DNA from: Aplysia californica
Taxonomy: Eukaryota
Direction of reading: 5' to 3'
Assembly: GCF_000002075.1 (NCBI RefSeq)
Contig: NW_004797788.1
Span: 432,894 to 496,893, forward strand
DNA length: 64,000 bases
In this document: piece after piece, positions 14,901-25,903 of the stretch
Layout: each line of letters begins with the position of its first letter
Numbering within the stretch: the first letter of the stretch is position 1
Notes under the pieces: generated by a model
The model's database searches: none
The model's input: the letters and a program-made list of their open reading frames with translations, nothing else
What the model was told of the DNA's origin: nothing
Program-made: the position numbers and the translations under genes

Positions 14901-17900
14901 TCTTCATTTTACTTTGGGTTTGTGAAATTAAAAAAGAAAAGCAACAGTGTTATGAACTTGTCAAAATTTAAAGGTTACCAATTTGTTCTTTGTAAATTGC
15001 TGGGACTTTCAAAAATCCTTCACAATTTTATCTCCCTCTGAGGCTTTCTTCTGAATGGCAAACTCTTGAACTTCCCGTACATTTTCTTTCTCACCTGATG
15101 TTTTAGAATACATTTTTATGGTGATGGTTCTGTTTTCTTTCTCCAACAACTTAATTCTTAAACAGAATATTATACTATATTATATGAATTTTCAGAAGAA
15201 ATTTCAAATAAGTTTGAGACTTCTGGTTGTTGTGCAGAGCAAAGTGGAAATAATATTAATTTTTTATTGGATTTCCAAAGACATTTTTATACATGCTGAT
15301 AGTCCAGATGAAGGTAATTGATAATTTAACTATAGGTGAACATTTTATATATCATTTGAGAAAGACCTTTCCTTGTTTTTCTAGCCTTATTATCTTCCTT
15401 TAATCTCTGAACAGTGTCTGCATAGCGTCTGCGTAATACTTCAGCTCTTTTAGGCTATTGGCTTCTTTTAAAAAAATCTCTGAATTTTCCTAAAATTGTC
15501 GTGCAGCCATTCATAATAACCTTTTCGTTAATTCTAAGTGTGCTTGAAAAAGCAGTCTTTTCCAATCAATTAAATCATAGCACAGCCATTGAAACCTCTT
15601 TGTTGTTCAATTGTTATGAAATTGCTGAAAAAGCCATGGCTTGGAATATTTAAACCTTGAGAAAGCTTCTGTTGATTCACACCAATTCTGCAGTTTGCCC
15701 TTTTATTATTTTCTTTATGGCGAGCAAATCCATATTTATCCAAGAATTCAATGAGTAAAGTAGCTTTATGTTATGTTCAATAGGTTTTTGAGTACCTATA
15801 ACGTTACAATTTCAGACATTTTGGCTGAAAATTTCACTTGGTTCACAAAGTACCAACATTTTATTCTGTTTTTCTAAATGGAAGGATTTTCTTTTCCCTG
15901 ACACCTATGTAACTTCCAGCTAGTTTTGGTTGGCTTCAGGACTTTTTGATGATTAGATTATCCCTCATTCTACAATTCTACAATATCTATTTACCTCTAT
16001 AAGGTATAATGTTGCTTCGTCTGTTCTACTCCTCATCTTGGTCTCTCAACTTTTATGTAATAATACAGTGTATTTGGTACCCTTTCATTTTAGTCATATT
16101 GTCTTTTTCACTCTCAGATTATCTAATATTTTTGTTCTCTTGTGTTTGGGATTCCTTCAGTACAACAGATCAATGGTTTACTTTATGCTGCCAATTTCTC
16201 TATGTGCATTTTTTTGGTAGGGGGTTATTTTTTTTCTCTTCTTAATATTGCTTCTATTTTACATGAAACTGGAACATCTAATAGTTATAGCCTATATTGG
16301 CTGTTTTGTTTTACGGAGGCCTTTGTTTTAATGGTTAATGTTATTCTTTTAGTGTTGCTTCTTTTTCACTGTCTTTTTCAGTCATGCTCCTTCATTGTAT
16401 CATTCCATGTTTCCAACATTTGATGTCCACACTCTTTCTTCTTTTATGTGGAAATCCAATTTTATTTGGCCCTACTTAATTTGTATGTTGTAAGTGATGG
16501 TTCTTGATTGGTCTTTTCCTTCTACTTCCTTTCTCATATTGCTTTTGTCATCAACTGAATCTAGGCCAATTGGTGGTGCTGTCTTGATGGGTTAGTGTAC
16601 TGCAACTCAACTCTACATGGGTCAAATGTGGCGCAACATTGCAATTGTAGTCATAGTGTGTGTGGTTGAAGGATGGAGGTTGCAGTTTCTTCTACTTTTT
16701 TCTTGTCCTTTTTTTACTTTAGTATGTTATTTCTCCTTGTCTTGTCTTTCTTTTACCCATAGTCACGCAGATGAGTATTTACTTTTCCCCTAAAGTATTT
16801 TAAGCTATTTGTACAATTATGAGCGATGATAGTATCTGTCCATGTTCCTATTTTAGATTTAATTGAAGTCAAGTTTTTGCCCAATATGATATGAGTCACA
16901 CATATGGCTTGAAGTTATAAGTTGTGGTCATACGAAGGATATCACATGAAGGGATTATTCTTGCTTGGTCCATTTGTTTTTTTTTTTCCTTTTCTTTTTT
17001 ATTGATTTGCCCTGTTGTCGAACTCTGCAGCACAGCAGACAAATCCCAATGCAGGTACTGGCAGAATGTCGAGTGGTGAGTGTGCCGTGAGACAGCACTG
17101 GTGTGGCATGGGCTGTAATGCACCACACGTCTAGTGTGCTCTTTCTGTATGGCCATGCATTGGATGATATGATTATTATCGTCGATTGATAATATGAAAT
17201 ATGATCCTATTTATTCGGTCTTCCACTTTTACGCAACACATACTCTGTGTGTGCCGCACCTGTTGTTTTTTTCTACGTAGCTGTACAGTGCAATGAGTGA
17301 TTTTAGCGTGATGCAGTTCTCAATTAGGGCCTTGCAGTGAAAGTCAACTTTTTGCATTATGAGCTTTATACTGGGCTTTGAGCGCATGGCTGTACATTTA
17401 TGTACACTCGTTAGTGCTGATGGTCTCTCTTGGGGAAGGATGGGCCTCTAAAACGAACTGTGCCAACCAACTTTGTTGCAGTGGCAGTCAATGTGGAGTC
17501 CAAAAGGCTCGGACGAGTATGTTGGTGGACGTGTAACTAAAATCATGATATAAGCAAAAACAGATCTCTATGTTGTTTGAGTTTTTTAACTGGGAAAGTT
17601 TTACTAAAGGAAAATACAATTATCATCATGTGCATCCAATAAAAAATTGTTTGTTCAAGCTGCATGAGCTTTGATACTAGCCTGGCACTTATTTGGCTGC
17701 AACGCTGAAAATAATAATGATGTTTATTACTGTAAGTGGAAGCTATAATATACAATATTGTAGGCAGAGGCAGTTTTAACCAAGTCTCCCATTGCATGAC
17801 TATAGAATGAGGATTCTTCAGGCAGAGAGGTAGCATGTGTGTGTGATCTTTACATATGTGCCAAACTTTTCTACTGGCAGAGGGTGTGTATCATGTACAC

Positions 17901-20900
17901 ATATTATCTACTGCCTGTCATATCTAGTTTCCTCTGCATGTTTGGCATATTATAATGTAATATCTGCTTTCTGGAAACTTTCGTAATGAATTACTGAAAA
18001 TATAGATGTTATTTTTAGATGTGCATGTAGCAAGTTTTTTTCCCTCTGTAAATGGCTTGTCATAAATGATGTCAGTGTCACAAGAAGTTCACGCTTTAGG
18101 AGATATATCAGCAATACTCTTAGTTGTTGACAAATACAACAAAGATATTGTGATAACTATTCATGGGCATTTTGTTGTCAAAACTGCATTTTTAAAAAGG
18201 ACATCTTCTTTTATAGTCTTCCCAAAGACAGCTGTGTGTCGATTCCAGGCCTCAATACTTGCTTCCTTTAGGCTATCATAGCTCAAAATGACTGTATGTG
18301 ATGGAAGAGTTTATCTAGTCTGATCCTGGAAGGAATTATTCACCATGGGAGCTGATACATTTTGAAATTAATCAATTCTTTTCATTTTCTTTATGAAAGG
18401 TGAATTCTGTTTTGTTTCAATTCTCCGCAGTAGTCCTTAGGGTTTTTACCACTGATCTTGATAATGTAAATACAAAAATACAAAGATTTGAGTAAGGCAA
18501 AACACAACTGAATTTATATTGCCTTGGGCATTGTCTGTCATGGGAAGGTGATTGTGTTGGAGCAAATTTAGCCTGTGTCTGTTTTGTTGATGTCTTTGAG
18601 ACCATGTCAGGTCAACTGGTTCACTGGAGTGTTGTTCGAAGACTTTCAATACAAAAAAAAGGATATCATTTTCTTAAGGAGTAAGATTTTTAAAATTACA
18701 CCCGGAACAAGACTTTTGTGATTCTTTCGTTCATTGCATCTTGCACTGTACTTTTGTCTCTAACCCATAAAGCACATTTTATATATATATATATATATCA
18801 GCATTCAGGTGCTGAACTATCAAGGCTCTTCTTTGTGCATACAGTGTGAGATACAATAGTTGAGCACCTTTTAGAAGACGTGCACCAGAAAATCTGTATT
18901 TAGTCTCTAAAGATGACTTTGTTTCTGTTGTCTTCTATGACTTCTGTTTCTTGCAACTTTTCTTGCCCATTTGCAGCATGATGTATTACCTTGTTTCCTT
19001 TGTCTGAATATCTAACACTTTATGATATTCCCTATCTGGCTACCAAGGTTCTGTGGCTTTCAAAGCTGCTATAAAACTCGTCACATCTGGTAAAAGGAAA
19101 ATACAACTGCTCATACTCAACCGCGTTGTGATTTGCATAATGTTTCTTCATGAGCCCCACATATTGTCATAAGCCTGAATAGTTCCTGTGTGTAGCATTG
19201 ACTTGCATGCCTACAGTACTGGTTTATGGGTAGTTATGTGATGACCCAGTTGTGCTTAAATTTTGTTTTTTTTACCTCTGTAAATGCAGGAAAGTTTATG
19301 ATAGCTTATAGCAAAATCTTGTGCGTTAGCAGTCCTTGTTGCATGGGTGTCATAGTATGTGTTCGTTCATACATTATGTACTATCAGTCTAGTAAATTTT
19401 AACTACCCCATGCTATCTACCTGATGTGTACATATTATGTTAAGTTGGAAATTCAAATTGTTATCTTTATTTGAGAGCCTTGAAACTGGTAGAGGCAATA
19501 GCATGGCTATGTGGCTTTGGCATGCCTTCTGTACAAATTATGAAGTGCATGTTGACGTCGGATTGATTTCTGGACTTACTAGATTTAGATGGGGTGTCGC
19601 AACCAAGTTATTCTCCATACTTTTTTTGTTCCCATCTGTACTGTGTGAATGTTATGGTGGTAGATTATAATTTTGTTTCCATTCTGTTTTCTGAAAACTT
19701 TTAGCTGACTTCCTTCATTACAAGGTTTATTCTAATTTTCTGTCTCATTCGGCCTTGGCACTGAGACGAGCAATGTTGCAGGCTTTTATGAGGCAAAACA
19801 CTCTCTTCTCATTGCTGAGTAATTCAGTTCCATGATCTAAAAAAAAACCAAGGTTCGGTACCTTTTCTAGGAGCATGCACTGAAAATTGTAATGCCTTTT
19901 AATTTCAAATTGTCCCCAGGACAAAAGCATCTTCCCATGGCGAAATCTCGTATATCTGAGAAGAAGCTTTCACTTTCCTCCTTTCAACATTTTTTTGCCA
20001 TTATGCATGATCTTCTTGTTCATCGCCCTGTTAACTATCAAAGATACACGGCTAGAAATTGCTTCAACATTGGCAAACATTTGGCAGTGTATGAGAGCAA
20101 AGGACAGCAGAGGATTGTAGTCTGTCATGAGGCCTTCTCATTCACTGTAATTTCTCCTTGTCCTTGGATGCCATGGCTGCGTTGGTCACAATTTCAGTCG
20201 TTTTTGAAAGGCAGTTTATCTCACTCCATTGGCCCTTTTTTTTACCATATCGCGGATTAGCATCGTGGCACCATGAATTGGTATGTTTCAAGGTTAATGG
20301 TGATGTTGAAAGTATAGAACTCGCATTGTCATTGTGTGATGAGGCCTTCATTGTCATGGTATTGAAAGAACCAAATCATAGATAGATGTAAGGCAGTGAT
20401 ATTTCAAAACTGCTAAGTTGCATGTGTGTTAAATTAGGACATTGATGATATATTATATAAATGTTATTTTCAAAGGCCACAGTGTCCATTTCTTGGCTAC
20501 TGACTAGACGTCTGCTTCTTATGTAATAGCATTCTCTTATGTTTATTTTATGTTGCCCGTTATTAAATGGTTCAGTTGATCCCAATATATACAGATCAAA
20601 ATGAACCCATCCCTGAGTTGTCAAAGGGTTCAAAACAATCTGATTGTCATTTTAGAAAACTTTCTTGTTCCAGTAAGGTGTGCTCTTCTTTCTGTAATAT
20701 ATATATATAAGTATAATCCATCGTAACAGTACCTATACCAGGGCGCAACTCATCTCCTGGTAGGGTTCAATCGTAACCGTTACAAGTCCAGCGTAGGTGT
20801 GACTTTTTTTTTCTTCTCAATACTTAGGCCTACACCCTTTCTTCTATGATGATCTATTTCTCATGCGGATCTGTCAGATTAAAGAAAAATACGTCCTTAA

Positions 20901-23900
20901 AACTCTTTTCTGTAGTATGGTCATTGCCAGACATTGATGGACAGACTTTTGTCAAATTTAATTAATAATTATTGTTATTATTATATCTTTAAAAAAATAA
21001 GAATGTCTTCAACAGTCCGCTCACAATATATTAGCTGTCACTGCTGAAGCTGATTATTGTTCTGTAGCGTTTTTTGAACAGAGGTTCTTTGAGAACAATC
21101 TTTGTCCCTGTCCTTTGAATACAAGTTATGACATGCTTCTCCCTTCAAACAAAGGCATCAAATATGAAATATAATAATATTAGTACTCTTATGTCACTGC
21201 CGAAAATTTTGGGAATGTTTTTTGGGGGATTTTTTTGGGGGTGGAGGGGGGAGGTGGGAGGTTGTATCTCCAGTAGCAAACTATTGCCATCTTTGAAATC
21301 TTTTACAGTGTTTTAAGTTTATAACCCCCTCCCTTTATTTTTTTATGAAGGAATCAGACGTATGATTTATTTTTGTGATATTGTGAGACATGAAGCACCC
21401 ATGAAGATATAAGGCTTAGGATAAAAGAGAGTCAATTGTTACAAAGTTCTGATAAGATAAGATGACCAATTGATGATCCCAACAGAAAATGTTATGGGGC
21501 AGGGTAAATACATATTATGCATGCGCACTCGTTAANNNNNNNNNNNNNNNNNNNNNNNNNNNNNNNNNNNNNNNNNNNNNNNNNNNNNNNNNNNNNNNNN
21601 NNNNNNNNNNNNNNNNNNNNNNNNNNNNNNNNNNNNNNNNNNNNNNNNNNNNNNNNNNNNNNNNNNNNNNNNNNNNNNNNNNNNNNNNNNNNNNNNNGAT
21701 AGTCATTGAATGGACTTAAATTCATCACATATATCCTAATTCTGTCAGCTTGCTTTCAGTACTTTGATACTTTTAAAAAAATTGCTGGTGCTGTTTCTGT
21801 TATTTCCATCGTCAGTTTGTTTCAGGATGTCGGTGTTTCCAAGCTGTAGTTGCCATCGCTTTTGTCATAATCATCATCATCGTCATCGTCATCGTCATCA
21901 TCATCGTCATCATCCTTATCACCACTACTGTTATCCTCATTGTCTTCACTGTTGTCATTGTGATTTGATGTGTCCAATGTCCTTTTAAAGTAAGTTGTGA
22001 ATGTATTTATGTATTTATTTAGTAAGCTGACTCTCTGAGTATGGGATGTTCTGCCCATTCCCTCCCCCCTCCCCCCTTTCTTTCTCTGATCTCAGTTTTT
22101 TGTACAGCCTTCTTTGAAACTTGCATCCTGGTGTAGGCTTCTCCTTTTTATTTCTCTCTTCTTTGAAATAAAAAAAACCAAAACTGAAGCCTTCTCTCTA
22201 CTGCAAATTTGTTTTTTTTTCAAGTGACGTTGCTTGTTTTGAAGTCTTCTGATTATTTTGCTATCCTAAATTAATATGTTTTGAAGTGGCGTTGAAACCA
22301 GGCTAATGCTCTAAGTAGTGTGTAGTGTTTTTAAAAAAAAATAATAACTCTGCATGCTGTGTAATTCTTTTTGTCTTTGAATTTTGAACTAATGTGTTTA
22401 TACATATATATATATACACCTCCCTCCGCCCACTCCCTTGCAAATAAATACTCTGCAGAAAAAAAAGCCAAATCAAGCATAGATATTAACACTTTGTCTT
22501 GTGTTTCTTGTCCAAAATTAAGTGTGAAAATTGTTTCAGTCTCTCTTGATGGCCCAAAAATTATTGCTGTATTTTTTTTCTGTCATTCTCAGATAATACT
22601 TCATTTTCCTCATCTGAGAGGTTAAGATGGTTGGGAAAGGGGCGTGGGTAAAAAAGGATGGGGGAATAGGGGGAGAGACACTACAGAGTGTTCGTCTCCT
22701 CGTTTTAGTTTTATGATTTCATTGCTATGATAGAAAAGATTGTAAAAGAAATACATATTTACAAGATGTGGAACAGAAAAAAACACATGTAGGTGTAAAG
22801 CAAAACAATTTCTTTTGAAATATATTAATGAGTTTAAAGAAAGTAGATAAATCCTTTTAAAAGATGTGCTGGTCTTTTGTATTCAGTGAGAAAATTGTAT
22901 TTTCCAATTCCCCCAAATTAGAAACATTTTTATACTTTTTTGTCTTTCTGCTATCTGTAAATCTGTAGGGGGATATAATTATCTTTGGAGTTACATGTAT
23001 TGGTAACATGTTCATAAATTTTGTTCTTCATATTTGTAAATGTTGCTTATAAAAATGGCCAATATTGTTTGTACTGTCTTGATGAATATTAAGACTGGTT
23101 TTGAAGCAATACTTTAAAAATTCTTGATTATTTGATAACATATTGATTAAATATATTCTCTTTGCATCTTTCAATGGCTGATTTTGATTTCATTCCATGT
23201 TGAAAGTGTTTTCTCAGTTAGAAAAACTCACAATGCTTTGTGTATAAGTTCAGGAGACCCAAATTATTGGAAGCTAAACCTACTGATAATGACTAGTTTT
23301 TGTATTATTATTATATACTATAATTGTCGTAGTATCCAGTAATTTTACTATCATTTGCTGTAGTTTGAGTGTTAACTCCAACAAAACCAAGGTATTTTGT
23401 GTTTTCTTCGTTTGTCGTTGTTTTGATTTCATTTTACCTTTGTTGCACCATTTGAAGAACTGAAATGTTACTCATATACTTTTTCTGGACTTCCGTTCTA
23501 TAGCCTCGGTGGCTGCAGAAGCAACCAAGACAATGGGCAAGACTAAAGACAAAAAGAAAGACAAAGGCAAATCGTCAAACCAAGAAGCTGAGGTAATGGG
23601 ATCTCTTTTCTGTCGCCCCTCCACATATTTTTTTCCATAGTTTACACTGAGTGTGCTGTGTGAGGGAACTACCATTTTCAACGTCGGAAGAGTTTATTGT
23701 TCATTCATGAGGAGCTTAGGAAAAACTGCCCAATAAAGGAAGTGTTCAGTATTCAATTTGATATGGTTCAGACACCTAATATTGAGCTTTGTTCTGCCTT
23801 GAAATTAGAAGCAAATGTACTTTATGGAGAAAGTATAGTTCATATTTTGTCCTCATTACTTGGTACTGTGTTTTCTCAAAGAAGAAAGTAATAGGCGATT

Positions 23901-25855
23901 CTTGTCACAGTGCATTGACAGCACTGTGTACTGTGTCATGTTAATTCTCGCAGGTCTCCGTTGGGAAAAATTGACAAGGAACAAAGTTACATTTCCTCAA
24001 TCAATACAAAGTTCAGAGAAAGATGCCTGTTTCATTTCAAATTCAGTATCATTATCACTTCCTTGCCATTTACATGAAAAGAATTTATAATAGGCTGCTC
24101 TGTGTATGTATGTCAATTGGGAAAGCACTACCCATTCTATTTATTTGATGTAATAAATTAAAAAGAAATATAATGTTGCGAGTCTGAATAGGAATTGTGA
24201 GTCAAATCTCTTTTTGATGCGTTAAAATGATGTGCTAGGAGGTAAAGGTGGTATCAAATATAACTTCCCCTTTCTCTGTTTGACTCTGTCTATAGTTTTT
24301 CTCGCACTGTGAAATTTAAACTTCTCTTTAACCTTGATTTTCTACCGTATTTTCTTGCACAAGTTATATATTTTTGGTTAATGAAATAATGAATTAGGAG
24401 ATTTGTGCCCTTCTTTTACCTTTTTTGGGGGGGTAAATCTTTGTAATATTATGTCTGGTACTTGCTCTCAAAGTTGAAGAGTAGTCAGAATATAATACCG
24501 GTATTCATGATTTTCAAAATTGATTGAGGTTGTGGGGATTTTGCATTCTACAGTTAATTTTCAGGCTACTCAAAATATCATCAGACGAATCAGGGAGGAT
24601 AAATTCATACACGATTTACAATTTTATATTTTCTCAACTTCTCCTCTGGAATTTCCCAGAGAGGCTGAAAGAGAATATGAGTTGGATCTTTCTGTGGAGA
24701 CACAGAGTTATCTGCACAACAGTTTATGAACGTTGGGTGTATGGAATCTTCTACTACAGAATGTTTTAACATAATATAATAAGCGGTGTTCAAAGGAGGA
24801 CAGAGCTATATTGTCTCAATGTCTTTTGAGTTTGCTAACCCCATTACAAAAAACAATTTTTATATCTGGCACCTACTTTCCTGTCTTCTTTGTTTCTTTT
24901 CTTTTGAATTTGAGTGGATGTAGTAGGCTAATTCTGGGACATATTTTCTTCTTAAAAACTACTTCCAGCTTGCGGAGTCTCCGGTGAGCACTAACTACAT
25001 TTTGTATTTTATGGAAGTGCTCGGCAGATTATTGAGCATTTTGCATTTCATTGTGAATTTTGGTAGTCATTTGTATTTATACTAAGTTTTGAATGAAGCA
25101 GCCTTCTTGTGCACAACTGTAGCATTCATGTTAAGATCTCAAGATCAGACTTTTTTTCTTTCTTATTTGACAAAGGTTTGCTATCTTCTACTTTGATAAA
25201 AACATGCATTTTTAAGGAATACTTGCTTTGCTCAGTTGGCATTCCCTTCTGTTTTGGTGTGTTGTGTGACTATTGCTTACTTTTCCGGTTGTGCCTTTAC
25301 AGTATAAGTGTTCAAGAAGTGATTCTGTCAAAAGAATGTCTAAAAAATAAGTTAAGAGTACTTCAACAGAGTTATTCCAAGTAATAGAAGTGTGAAAGAA
25401 ATATGACTTTTTAACTTTAGTTTGGCTTCCCGAAAAATAGCTATTGACTCTTTGTTAGTTGATGGGCAGAGGTTTTATATAAAATATAGTTTGGTACTTG
25501 TACTTATTTTTCCCATTTGTTTTGCAAAATTCATAGACTACATACATTACTTCTGGCAGACTTAGGTCAGCAATAGTAGTTAATTTGATCATTAGGCTTG
25601 CTTTATTTTATTGTTACTTTCTTTTACTTTATATGCTTTAAAGAAAGGGCTTTCAACCCAAGCATAATGTTGCATTTGAATTTTTTACTTCAATTTTTAA
25701 AAAATCATAAAGCAATTTTGTCATGTTGTACGTAGGCTTTTTTTTGTCTTTGCGCATGTTTAAATGAGTGTATGAGAGACAGACAGTGTATAGTGATCAA
25801 CAAACACTCTTGTCATTGTATCCATATAGTTATATTATGTATGTGTGTTTGTTTT

Positions 25856-25903
<48 letters not shown>

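Noticed and set aside
16565-16590. 26-nt segment ctag|...ATGG|gttagt
   Set aside because: It has a TGA in the phase-1 frame and is not a multiple of 3; at most a poison exon, not supportable.
19892-20260. 122-aa intronic ORF as a possible nested gene
   Set aside because: No motifs, no exon boundaries, and composition typical of translated intron.
21764-22058. Poly-His and poly-Asp ORFs
   Set aside because: Translations of a (CAT/CGT)n microsatellite, with no splice or homology support.
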